A DNA stretch of 64,000 nucleotides, taken from NCBI GenBank assembly GCA_964016885.1, contig OZ024754.1, positions 19,220,001 through 19,284,000 of the forward strand, given 5' to 3'. A program made the position numbers and the translations under genes. Shown in pieces: positions 16,053 through 28,081 of this stretch (its first letter is position 1; every line of letters begins with the position of its first letter). This stretch comes from Eledone cirrhosa. Lineage: Eukaryota. The notes under the pieces are model-generated. The model saw only the letters and a program-made list of their open reading frames with translations, had not been told where the DNA came from and did no database searches.

Positions 16053-19000
16053 ATAATAATAAATTTGAAGACTAAAATCCAAAGAGGGTTCGATAAGGAT
16101 AAATATATATCAAATATATAAGAACCCTAGAGAAACTATTTATTAAATTTTAAGCAAATAATCGCTGCTTTCACCTTTAACAGGGTCATCTGAAACTAAA
16201 AATATCAACCTGTGAACGCAGAAGTAAATATTTCGAAAAACGTTGCAACCGGAGGAAAACAGGAAGACGATACTTTGGTTCGTGAACACGTTCCCTGGCA
16301 TTGAACGGGTTTTTACCTGTAGGTATGTGTGTGCGCGCGTTATATACATATTTATGTGTGTATATTTATATACGTTTATATAATTATATGTATATACACA
16401 CGAGTATACATATATATATTTTTTATGTGTATTTGGTGTATACGTGCGTATGTGTGCGGGTACAGGTCTCGCGCGGGTTTATGTGTACGTGCTTCTATAT
16501 GCATGCATGGCGGATGTTTTCGCGTATGCATGTGTAAGTACGTATTTGGATGCGTTTATGTATATATTTAATTATTGTTGATTTCAATAACCTCTGTCAT
16601 TTTCGTTCTACTAATTTATTTACATTATTCTCCACCGAGGTTAACTTCGCCTTTAATCCTTACGGGGTCGATAAAATAAAGTACCAGTAATACACTGGGA
16701 TAATTGCTGTCCTTGTCCCAAAAGTAGAAACAATTATTCTTAACTCTGAAGCCGAGAATCATTCGGTTTCCTAAATAGAATATTAGTCGACGACTTCACT
16801 TATACCATTAACGTGGTTTTGTCTTTGCGTGTAATTGTTCTCCATGCTCCACATAATGACGTATTATCTTCGCCTTTTTCCGTTCATTGCCAGGGAACGT
16901 CTTCACGAACCAAAGCATCGTCTTCCTATTTTCCTTCGGTTGCACTGTTTCTGCGTTCACAGATTTTAGAAGATCCCGTTAAAGGTGAAAGCAGCGATTC
17001 TTTGCTTAAACTTTAATCTGTTATTTTAATAAATATTTTATATATATTTGTCCTTATCGAGACCTCTTTGGATTTTAGTCTTCACATTTATTATTATTAC
17101 TATTTGGCTCCCTCGGTTGAGCACTCTATTGATTTATATTCATCATGCAGAAACAACATCTGAATATTTCTACAAAGAACATACCCATACCAAGCAGGAA
17201 TACATACCTCAAACTCCTGATTCAGAAAATGGACTCGTTCCTTAAAAGGTTGCGTTGGCGTGCCTTTTATTTCAATAATCAGGATAAAGCGAATAATAAA
17301 CAGGATAAATTTGGGTTTAAAACTTATAATAACCCTCCGAGTAACCCAGCATTGCTACCCTTCGAAAAAGATGTCTTGGAACTCATACGGAGTATCAAAT
17401 TTCGGAATAGGAACAATTCCTTCCAGCAGGACCTGAAGAATAGAATTCGTACTATTAAGGATTCTAATGCCGTGCACGTCCACTCCGAAAAAACCGGCAA
17501 CCTATATCAAGTGGAGCACAGTACTTACCATTAACTGCTACATAATGATGTAACTAAGGATTACCGGAAAACTAATCGGAGTGTCATTAATGACATCAAC
17601 GGTGTTGGGTTTAAAATACCCTGAAGGATCACAGACCCAATTTCGCCAACAAACCCTCTATTTGGCTTATTAACCATACGAAGTCCGATTTAAGTAGACT
17701 TAGTAAAAGGATTTTAGATAGAATTATACCTGAAATTAGAAGTTTGGCCTCTCTTGCACTGTGGAATAATTCTTTCCCTGTGATTGATTGGTTCAATGGC
17801 ATATGCAACAAGGAACATTGCCATTTTATCCAATTCGACATCAATAATTACTACTCCTCCATCACTTTACCACTTCTTCTTAAAGCTCTCAATTTCGCTA
17901 AAACCCTCACGGTGGTTAAGTATTTCGAAGTTGATGTCATCCTCAATGCCCGTAGAGTCGGTGATTAATTTCGACGACTCTATTTGGATTAAAAAATCTA
18001 ATAGTACCCCATTCGATGTGAGTATGGGCGCCAGCGATTCGGCGGAGGTTACTGATCTTAACGGTCTTTTCCTTCTTTTCTCTATCAAGGAAGAATTCCC
18101 CAATGTGGGCGGTGGTTTGTACCGTGATGACGGTCTTTTGACTATGACAAAGTGTGCGGTCCACGCGCTTGTGACAGGTTCAGAAAAGAACTCACAGCCT
18201 TCTTTAAAGGCTTCAACTTCTCCATACAGGTTGAGGCCAACCTCTCGGTCGTTAATTACCTCGACGTTACCAACAATTTGTCGAATGGCTTGCACTACCC
18301 GTATAGAAAGCCGAATGATACGCTTAATTACATAAGTACGCATTCGAACCATCCTGCCAGCATAACCAAGAACCTGGTAAGAAACGTTTCTTTGAGGCTT
18401 TCCCGTCTATCTACAAACGAGCATATTTTCACCGACCATTCCACATATTACAATGAAGCGCTTGTTCGGAGTGGATTTGTCGATAAGGTAGTATATACTA
18501 ACTATAAGCATAAACCAAGAAAAATAGATCCCGACTCATTATATGGTATAACCCACCATATAATATAGAGGTGGCCACACCATTAGCTAAGATCTTTCTC
18601 TCCCTTATTCAGAAGGATTTCCCCTCAGCACATAAATATAATAACATTTTTAATAGAAATACCATTAACATATCTTACTCTACGATTCCTAACCTTGCAC
18701 ATAACATCACTGCTTCAAATTTAGCTAAATTACCTAGCCGTAGGAAAACTGCACGTAGCTAGTACTAACTGTAATTGTAGGAATCGGGATGACTGCCCTC
18801 TATCCGGGAAAGGCCTCTCCAGTAACATTGTCTACAAATGTAAGGTCGAAACTCCCACGTCCCGTAGGGCCTACATAGGGTTAACCGCCAATAGATTCAA
18901 GCAGCGTTTTTACATGCACACCCATTCTTTTCTTAACCCTTTAAGAAGGAATATGACGTCACTTTCAGCTTATATCTGGAGTCTTAAAGACAACCACACC

Positions 19001-20184
19001 CAATATAGGTTATAATGGGAGATCCTAGGTAAGGCTAGATCGTATAACGGAAATAAAAGACCATGCGATGTTTGCGCCGCTGAAGTCATGGACATACTAT
19101 ACGCCAATGACCGCATCTTAAACAAAAAATCTGAGGCAATTTCGGCTTGTAAATTGCATAAAACTTTCCTGTATTGCAACCGCACATTATACCCCAACGG
19201 ATAGTACGAACTATACGCGGATAATTTACGTCTTGATGTGGCAGCTAAGTATATTTTATGTTTATACCATTACTTATTTGTATAGGTAAGTATAACTTAC
19301 CCGTATGTTTTGTGAAGGTACGTATACTTTCTCGTACGTATATTGCTTGTATTTGTTATAGGTGTATATATTATATTATATATACTGGTACATGTGTATA
19401 TGGTTATGTGTATATGCGTATTTTGTGTTTGTGTGTGTATGCGTGTTTGCACGTATGTAAGGTGTGTGTATATGTGTACTTTGTGTTTTGGCTGACGTAT
19501 GTTTAGTGAACATATGTGTATTTACCTGTAGGTATGTGTGCGCGCGTGTTATATACGTATTCATGTGTGTATATTTATATACGTTTATATAATTATATAT
19601 ATACACACACGCACACGCAAATATATTTTTTATGTGTATTTGGTGTATGCGTTCATTTGCGTGCGGGTACAGGTGTCGCGCTGGTTTATGTATGTGTGCG
19701 CGTGTCTATGTGTACGTGCTTGCCTATGTATGGCAGATGTTTTCGCGTATGCATGTGTATGTACGTATTTGGATGCGTGTATGTATATATTTAATTATTG
19801 TTGATTTCATTAACCTCTGTCATTTTTGTTCTACTAATTTATTTACATTATTCTTAACTCTGAAGCCGAGAATCATTCGGTTTCCTAAATAGAATATTAG
19901 TCTACGACTTCACTTATACCATAAACGTGGTTTTGTCTTTGCGTGTAATTGTTCTCAACGCTCCACATAACGATGCATTATCTTCGGTTTTTTCCGTTCA
20001 TTGCCAGGGAACGTCTTCACGAACCAAAGTATCGTCTTCCTGTTTTCCTTCGGCTGCAAGTTTTTTCGAAATATTTACTTCTGCGTTCACAGATTGATTT
20101 TTTTAGTTTCAGAAGATCCCATTAAGGGTGAGAGCAGCGATTCTTTGCTTAAACTTTAATGTGTTATTTTAATAAATAATTAAA

Positions 20185-20185
<1 letters not shown>
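16050..20185 (+). mobile_element. Decayed full-length YRDD-type PLE with tandem pLTRs and inverted 5' pLTR piece
   Basis: Fragments STKNIPIPS..KRLRWRA, FDINNYYSSI, MGASDSAEV..GLYRDDGL, YRKPND..YIS..SNHP and a GIY-YIG region at about 18770-19200; pLTR copies about 16308-17100 and 19520-20180; inverted piece 16050-16303. Confidence 0.9.
16632..16737 (+). mobile_element. 5'-truncated Meta-type SINE inside the pLTR
   Basis: Absent from the sister pLTR at about 19850; attattct duplicated on both sides. Confidence 0.85.
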
Positions 20186-20221
<36 letters not shown>

Positions 20222-20225
20222 TTAT

Positions 20226-21548
20226 ATATCTTAGTCTTAGTTCCTCCAGTCCTTTGTGGAACATTGGGCGACGAGCTTCCTCAACTTGATCCTGTCACTG
20301 GCGGCCCTTCTATCACCTCTCCAGGTAATTCCCATCTCCCGCAGGTCCTCCCTGAATGTGCTCCGCCATGTTTTTCGTGGTCTTCCCCGTTCTCTCTTGC
20401 CACCTTATGGTACCCAATCCTTGGCGATATGAGCAGGTCGATCTGCCGGCAAACGAAGGATGTGGCCCGCGAACCGCCGACTCCTTTTCCGGCAATGTCC
20501 CTTAACCTCTCCAATCCTGACCTTGGTCTCTCCATGAAATTTTCAATATGGTCCGAATGCAACGACAGTGGAATACATCAAGCTTGTTACATACACTTTC
20601 CGTGCTCTTCCATGTCTCAGGCATATATCGCTGTTGGTACTACAATGGACATGTAAACACGGAATTTAACGGCGTTGCCGATGGAACACCTGGACCATAC
20701 CGGACGGAGTCGCTGGAAGACCGCCGTTGCTTTTTCCAGCCTTGTGCGCACATCCACCTCAGCATCCCCATCGTCAGAGATGTTGCTGCCAAGATATTGG
20801 AAGTGGTTTACACATTCACTGATGGCAACACCAGGAATGAGATTGATTATATCTGCATTAGCACGAGGTGGCGTTCCTCTCTCTTGGATGTTCGCACCAC
20901 CGAGGGGCAGACGTCGGATCTGACCATCATCTTGTGGTTGGAAAATTCCGCTTGAGGTTGAAGAAGAACAAAGCAAATAAGACCGTGAGGCCATATGCTG
21001 TCGCAAGCCTGCAAGAACAAGGCACGTCAGAGGGATTCTACCCGGAGATCAGCAATAAGTTCCAAGAACTACAGCACGCACAGAACCGTGAAGACCAGTG
21101 GCAGATGTTTGCTCAGGCGGTCAGGGCGAGTGCTGATGTAGTTATTGGAAGAAGAAGGGGGACCAACCGGGCACAGTGGATCAGCAGTACTTCATGGAAT
21201 CTCATTGACGAGACGAAGGATGTTAAGAACAAAAGAGATCAAACCAAAACTCGACAGCAATGGAAGGAAGTGGACAAAGAGTACAGATGTCTTGACAAGG
21301 AAGTAAAGAAGAGCTGTCGAAAAGACAAGCGCCAGTGGTTAGAAGATCGGGCTGCAGAGGCACAGGTGGCAGCAGATCGAAATGATTCCAAGACGCTGTA
21401 CCGGATTGTCAGAGAGCTACCTGGAGGACGAAGTGTAAATAGTTTGCCAATCAAGAGCAAAGATGGTCGGATGCTTGCAGCCAGTGAAGAGCAAACCCAG
21501 AGGTGGTACGAACACTTTCGTGAGGTCCTTAATCAGCCATCCCCAACA
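20226..21548. mobile_element. RTE LINE 3' end (minus) joined to an inverted upstream segment (plus)
   Basis: Minus ORF 20617..21006 FQYLGS...AVFQRLRPVW; plus-strand RNEIDYI and [11 protein letters not shown] (APE endonuclease end) and linker; junction near 20816. Confidence 0.85.
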
Positions 21549-21617
<69 letters not shown>

Positions 21618-21627
21618 TACATATACT

Positions 21628-21706
<79 letters not shown>

Positions 21707-21829
21707 GGCAAACACTGATGCAATTCAAATCAAGCACTCGGCGCATTTTTTCCAAATAGGAAAAATGGAGTATATTTAGAATGAGAAAATGCGAAGTAGT
21801 TTCAGATGTTAAAGTCCTTAATTGGTAAG

Positions 21830-21904
21830 GCCGTGATACATATTTCAATGACGACAGTGGCCACACGATTCCGTGTACCCAGTGCTGTGACATCATCAGA
21901 CAGC
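21830..21904 (-). ncRNA. Hammerhead ribozyme with long stem II
   Basis: GCUGU CUGAUGA [ACAG..UGG..ACACG-GAAU-CGUGU..CCA CUGU] GAAA UAUGUA UC ACGGC. Confidence 0.7.
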
Positions 21905-22671
21905 GTCTTATATAATAAGTTCCCAAGACAATCTAAAGAAAGAGATGTAGGAAGAGATGGTGACAAATCCGAGTATAACAGGGTGGATGTCTGGAGCGGT
22001 GTAACCACTGGTGTAGAATCCGTGGAATGGTGCGGAGGAAGTAGAGAGTTGTGGGGTGCGCGCGCAACAGGAAGTGGTCAAGAGGGTCAAGGCAGGGCGA
22101 AGGATGCGGAGAGGGGAGATAACAGTAGGAGGGTGACACATAGGCAGTAGTAGGGATGAAGGCAGTAAGGAGCAGGTAGACGGACGGGTGTTAGGGATGG
22201 TGTGTATATGTGTGTGGAATGTGTGTCAGTTTTGAGAGCATTCCTCAGTCCATTCATGAACTGAGGAATGCTCTCAAAACTGACCAATGGGAAGTTTGAC
22301 ACTCTTTTTTATTTTGTTCCTTTACCATCTTATTCCTTCTACCACTTTATCAATTTTTTTTTAGCTAACTCCAACAATAACAACACTACCAACACAAGAA
22401 TAGAGGTCAGATGTACCTAACAATAACATCAACAACAACAGATTGGCTTGCCTCAGAACGAATTTCTATAGACTTTTGAATGAGGAATGTTCTAACAACT
22501 GACCAATGAGAGGAGAAGAGGTCCTTTGACACTGAAATTCGTTTGTTTGAATTCATATAATTCCAATTCCTCAGTGAAATAACAACCCAACCAGGAACTG
22601 GGCATATCAGAGTATTGACAAAGTTATACACCTCAACAACATATGTACTTGTCTATACCACACTAATTCGG

Positions 22672-22726
22672 ACTGCCTGAAGAGGTCACAGCCAAAGATG
22701 GCTATCACCGAAATATATATAGCAGT
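22672..22726 (+). ncRNA. Minimal hammerhead ribozyme
   Basis: ACUGC CUGAAGA GGU..AGCCA-AAGA-UGGCU..ACC GAAA UAUAUA UA GCAGU. Confidence 0.85.
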
Positions 22727-22777
22727 AATAAACGAAGCTAAATTTTAAACATTTGACTTATTTATTTTATTTTATTT

Positions 22778-22855
<78 letters not shown>

Positions 22856-22858
<3 letters not shown>

Positions 22859-23593
22859 GGAAGATTAATCATTAAAAGGTATATGTTTTTGAAGTTCTAG
22901 TTAACTTTATTTATTTGTTACCTACTAGCCATGCGTGGTTACACGCTTGTAAAAATTATCTCCTGTGATTTTTCATGTTTATATTTATTTATATATATGT
23001 TGATCAATTCCTAGTTATTATTATTAAATGCTCGTACCTACAAAGTCCTAGAGCTTATTTTCCGGGCGATATGGCGCATTCCGTTAAGGAATGACACCCA
23101 CAATTTCGATTCTGATTGAATTCTTTTAATCTATCTTAATTTTGGATATAGATATATAAATACTGCTCCTTAATTGTAGAGCTAACTCTGTTGAAGGGAA
23201 TTGACTGCTATTTCTAGTTGTCGAATACCTATTCACGCCACTGAAACGAAGCCGCTGTGATGTGTAATATCAACACGTGGTAACGGCCAGTTTAAGATTT
23301 TGACTCGAAGTGTAAACATGGATCGCTTGATATTGTTCTTCCTTGTTGATAATCCAATAATATCCACTTTCCGTGACTTACCATCTGATTAATTGGTGAA
23401 ATATATTTCTTTAATGAAATATATACAGGGAAGATTAATCATTAAAAGGTATATATTTTTAAAGTTCTAGTTAACTTTATTTATTTGTTACCTACTAGCC
23501 ATGCGTGGTTACACGCTTGTAAAAATTATCTTCTGTGATTTTTCATGTTTATATTTATTTATATATATGTTGATCAATTCCTAGTTATTATTA
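22856..23593. repeat. Element with about 165-bp terminal direct repeat (about 570-bp spacing)
   Basis: cagggaagattaatcattaaaagg... at 22856 and 23426. Confidence 0.8.
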
Positions 23594-23607
23594 TATATAT
23601 ATATATA

Positions 23608-23986
23608 TGCAGAGGTTATATTTAATTTAAACGTTTTTATAACTGATATAAAACACTCAACAATAGTAGAGTAAATATACAATATATTAATAAATGGAAA
23701 CTATATTTATAAAACCGTATTTATTTTATTGTACATATTTCAAGGGCAACCAAGGTAAATTAGGGTGCGCTTTCATCAGATAAAATACAGATTTGTTTTG
23801 TAAATAAATATTGACATACCCGGAAAAAAAGACAACCCTAACGGTTGGAGCTTCCTGGATAGACTATCCAGGAAGCTCCAACCGTTTTATCTGATGAAAG
23901 CGCACAATAATATGCCTTGGTTGCCCTTGAAATATGTATAATAAAATAAATATGGTTTTATAAATATAGTTTCCATTTATTAATAT

Positions 23987-23992
<6 letters not shown>
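23608..23992. mobile_element. Fold-back HHR element (family also 44667-44850, 46905-47295)
   Basis: HHR UUUUAU CUGAUGA AAG...CUU GAAA UAUGUA UA AUAAAA at 23885-23946(+); mutated inverted copy 23724-23785(-); further copy 46927-46990(-). Confidence 0.8.
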
Positions 23993-24047
<55 letters not shown>

Positions 24048-24570
24048 AAATTGAAAATTTGAATTAGAAGTTTTCACCATACTTTGACTACAAATAGTAG
24101 TCTAATACCAGGGCAAACAGTATGTTTGTAAAATTAGCGTGGAAGTGACTCTCTCTCTTTCACTGGAAGAAATGGACTGTGTCCAAACCTGACGACGGAT
24201 GGCTTTCCGCCAGCTTTATATGCTCAAGACACGCTGTATATCAAAACACTATGGCGTCCCTACGACCACCGAGAGATTTAAGGACATATGACCGTGCCAA
24301 AGTTCGACAAGCAGGTCGTTGGTTGTTTCCATTGATTTTATTTGGCAATTATATCGTCCATTTATTGTATATTAGATGACAAAAGCAAACAATAGATTAT
24401 GATGATATCTGAAAAGAAAGCAACCCATTTGGTTGGCTCATGGAAAACGAAACCAAAAACCTTTCTCTCTTTGCTTGTTCATCTCACAGATTTAGCTATT
24501 ACAACTATTATTGCATAAATAATAAATACAACTAGACAATTTCCCCATTTACGTAAATACACCCCCACAC

Positions 24571-24706
<136 letters not shown>

Positions 24707-24773
24707 ATGCTATATTATATATATATATATATAATACTATATTATATATATATATATAATAGTAAACTATATA

Positions 24774-24844
<71 letters not shown>

Positions 24845-25057
24845 CGTTTCTGAATTTGTTTAGCAAGATTCTTTATCTGAAATCGTGTGTTGAAACCGAT
24901 ATTGTTATACTTTGGGAGGGTCATGTTGCCAATAAGAAACACACGCACCAGTTGCTTTCACTTCAATTTAATTTATTAAATATTTATAAATTTACAAATT
25001 TATAAATTTCTGGTTGGTTGGTTGGTTCCACAACCAGATAGTTGTTTATATATATAT

Positions 25058-25102
25058 AGTCATAGTTCTTTCGTCACACACTCTGTGACCTCTTCAGTGA
25101 CT
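25058..25102 (-). ncRNA. pLTR minimal hammerhead (copy 1)
   Basis: AGUCA CUGAAGA gGUCAC-AGAGUGU-GUGAC GAAA GAAC UA UGACU. Confidence 0.85.
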
Positions 25103-25384
25103 GGGGATTTCTTTCTTCGTTTCTGTGCCTTTCCTTTCTTCTATCCTACGCCATTTTGTTTGTGTGTGGGTTGCGTGCTCAGTTTGCGCATGCGCCACAT
25201 CCGGGTGTCTGTGTGTGTTTGTGTTCATTTTTCTATTTTTCTATTTATATTTTTTATTTGTTTGTTTATTTATTTATTTATTGTTGGTTGGTTGTTTGTT
25301 CTATGTGTGTGTGTGTTTTCATTTTGTGTGTGTTTTCAATTGTAAGTTGTTTGTTCGATGTGTGTGTGTGTTTTCATTTTGTCC

Positions 25385-28081
25385 TTAATTGTAAGTTGTG
25401 ATGTTGCTGTTCCACTCATATTTTCTATTTAATTTTGGTTTTAATTCTTTTATGCTTACTGCCTCTGTAATTTGCCTAAACATTGCGTCTTTCTTGTGTG
25501 TGGATTCTATTTTTATTTCTATGCTCTCTAATTTACCCCTGTGTTCTATCTTAGCATGTTGGTAGAGCACAGATGATTCTTTATTATCTTGGAGGTCTCG
25601 CCAGTGTTCATTTATTCGTTCCCCTATACTACGAGCTGTCTCACCTATGTACACTACATTTTTGTTTCTACATTGTCCTTCAGTACATCTTATGCTATAT
25701 ACTACATTTCTAGTTTTACAGTTAATATGGGGGCTTATTTTACAGGTTATACATTTCTTATCTATACATGAGGGTCTTTGGAACGGGTATGTCTTGCTAA
25801 TAAGTGTTTTTACGGAGGTACCAGGTCTTTCTACTATCTTAATATTGAGATTATGTTTCTTTAGGGCCCTTCTAAATTTGTAGGCTAGTTCGCCTCTAGG
25901 GGTTGTATTGATGAACATTACACTCTGGTATTTATTGCTATCATACCATGAGTTTATTCTATTGGCCTTGTTCTTAGTTCTTTCTATTCTATTCCAAAAT
26001 TTGCTCCTATACAAGGGGCAGGTCCCATTTATGTCATTATTTACCATTTTTTCCCATTTGGTTCTGGCTCCTTTATACACTCTGATTCTATCTCTCTGAT
26101 TGTAGCCAGAGAACTGCATACGGTGGATGAAGTGTTGTATGTGTCTCTCTAGTTCTTCGGGGTTGCACATGCGGGACACATTTCTCATCACCCGTACCAA
26201 ATCCGCAATCAGTATGTTGATTTTGGTATGGTCCGAAATGGCCGAGTTTCGGTGGATCAGATGTTTGGAAGTCATGGGTTTGGCATAATGGGAATGGAGG
26301 ATTTGTTTTTGGTTGTTAATAGTATCTAACCAGAGCTCTGTGTCTAGTACAGGTAATCGATGGTTGGGGTGTCTACTTGGGTAGTCTATAGTAACTCTAA
26401 TGCTCTGGTGGATGGAGTTTGCTATTTGCTGGATGCTTTCCATTGTGTTTTTCTCTAGTTCCTGACTGTTCTTTAGTGGGGGTGTCTTAACTACGATGTT
26501 TATATCATCTACGTAGCGGGAGTACATTATCAGGGTTAAGCTGTCTTCTAATTGTTCATTAAGTTTTTGTTTAAGTCTACTGTCCCACCATACCATGAAT
26601 AAGTTAGCTATGTCGCCTGCAATGCTAACACCAATGGCTGCTCCTTCCTCTTGGGCATATGTTTTACCATTAAATTTGAACATATGTTCCTTAAGGGTTA
26701 GTTTTATGCTGGCCCCTACCGCATGTGCAATCATTTTCTTCAGTTCATCATGGTTTTCGGGTGTCCGTATGGCTCTGGTCCACCCGTTCCATCTATCTGT
26801 GTGGGTTTTCTTGGCCATTGAGGTAATGGTAGGTGGTCTGCCTCTTGCTGGTCTTGTAGGGCACAGGTTGCTAAGGTCATAGGTGTCTAGGTAACTATTA
26901 CTATGGGTAAGCTTAAGTAGAAGTCCCAGCTCACTGGTATCAATCCCACGGAACTCAACCTTGCTCTCGCTGATCATTTCGACGCATTTCTCCACAGTAA
27001 AATCCACGTCAATAGATGGATACAGGGACACAACATCCATACTGCCTATTATGCAGTTTGTTAGGTCCCCAGATCGGTTACCCGCGCCGATTCTGCTGAG
27101 GAGGTCCTCCGTGCTGTCACACACATCTGGGGACATCTCAATGATGGGGCGTATGATCAGGGAGAGGAAGTAGGACAGTCTGTAGTTACTAGCAATGTTA
27201 GCCCCACAGACTGGCCGTGTTGGTGGTCCCGCGACAGGGTCCCAGCCTGTTTTATGGTCTTTACGAAGCCCATACAACGCCGGCACGTCATTGTTCCAGG
27301 CCTGGAAGTTGTTGGCAGTCCTTTTGTTGGGCTGCATTATATTTGTCCACATCACCATATGGGCATTGAGGGTTTTTTCTCTATCCTCATGCTCCTGTGG
27401 TGTTACCTCTCTTGTGTTAGTGATGTGGGGTTGCATTGCCTGGATGTAGTTTGGCAGGCTGTCAACCGACATTCTGCCAGACTTGTCTGTTGGAAAGCAT
27501 GCTATCTCTCCATTACGCGAGCGCTGCATGAGCTTACGCAAGCCATTTGCAGATTCTTCTCCCAGTTGCTGGGCCTCTATTCTATTATGCTTCTTGCTAT
27601 ACTCTTCTATAATATTTCTAAGTTCGGATTTAGCTATACTAAATTGTGCCTCTGTTTGTTCATCGACCTGCGACGGCAACTGCGTGCGTTTGTTAAATGG
27701 CAAAGTCGTGGCGTGGACTCGTCGTAGGTCGAATGATTTATCGGAGGGGTTATAAAACGGAGAGTTCCAGGCTGCTGCTTTATGTGTACTAGTGCTATTG
27801 TTATTGTTAGTTGTGTTGTTTCTATTTCCACCAACAGCAGCAGCCTCAGCTTCATGGTTGTTTCTGTGTCTCTCATAATTACTCCTGTCTCTTTCCACTG
27901 GCTCAATGTTGTTATCTACCCTATTTTGTGTGTCTGTGTGTTCGTCTTGGTTATTCTCTTTGTCCTTAGTCTCCCTTCTCCTTTTAATCCTATTACTTTC
28001 TCTTATTTCTCTGATTTCTGTGCTACTGTCATTACTTGTTTTCTGTGTCTGTGTGTTTGTTAAGATTGTGGTGAGAGGCAT
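25385..28081 (-). CDS. PLE reverse transcriptase + GIY-YIG endonuclease (C-terminal part of the split ORF)
   Basis: PTDKSG, LYGLRKDHK, TRPVC, DVVSLYPSI, QEEGAAIG, YSRYVDD, LPVLD, CIDKKCITC, NVVYSIRC...VYIGETARS..ERINEH. Confidence 0.95.
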   Translation of the reverse strand: MPLTTILTNTQTQKTSNDSSTEIREIRESNRIKRRRETKDKENNQDEHTDTQNRVDNNIEPVERDRSNYERHRNNHEAEAAAVGGNRNNTTNNNNSTSTHKAAAWNSPFYNPSDKSFDLRRVHATTLPFNKRTQLPSQVDEQTEAQFSIAKSELRNIIEEYSKKHNRIEAQQLGEESANGLRKLMQRSRNGEIACFPTDKSGRMSVDSLPNYIQAMQPHITNTREVTPQEHEDREKTLNAHMVMWTNIMQPNKRTANNFQAWNNDVPALYGLRKDHKTGWDPVAGPPTRPVCGANIASNYRLSYFLSLIIRPIIEMSPDVCDSTEDLLSRIGAGNRSGDLTNCIIGSMDVVSLYPSIDVDFTVEKCVEMISESKVEFRGIDTSELGLLLKLTHSNSYLDTYDLSNLCPTRPARGRPPTITSMAKKTHTDRWNGWTRAIRTPENHDELKKMIAHAVGASIKLTLKEHMFKFNGKTYAQEEGAAIGVSIAGDIANLFMVWWDSRLKQKLNEQLEDSLTLIMYSRYVDDINIVVKTPPLKNSQELEKNTMESIQQIANSIHQSIRVTIDYPSRHPNHRLPVLDTELWLDTINNQKQILHSHYAKPMTSKHLIHRNSAISDHTKINILIADLVRVMRNVSRMCNPEELERHIQHFIHRMQFSGYNQRDRIRVYKGARTKWEKMVNNDINGTCPLYRSKFWNRIERTKNKANRINSWYDSNKYQSVMFINTTPRGELAYKFRRALKKHNLNIKIVERPGTSVKTLISKTYPFQRPSCIDKKCITCKISPHINCKTRNVVYSIRCTEGQCRNKNVVYIGETARSIGERINEHWRDLQDNKESSVLYQHAKIEHRGKLESIEIKIESTHKKDAMFRQITEAVSIKELKPKLNRKYEWNSNITTYN

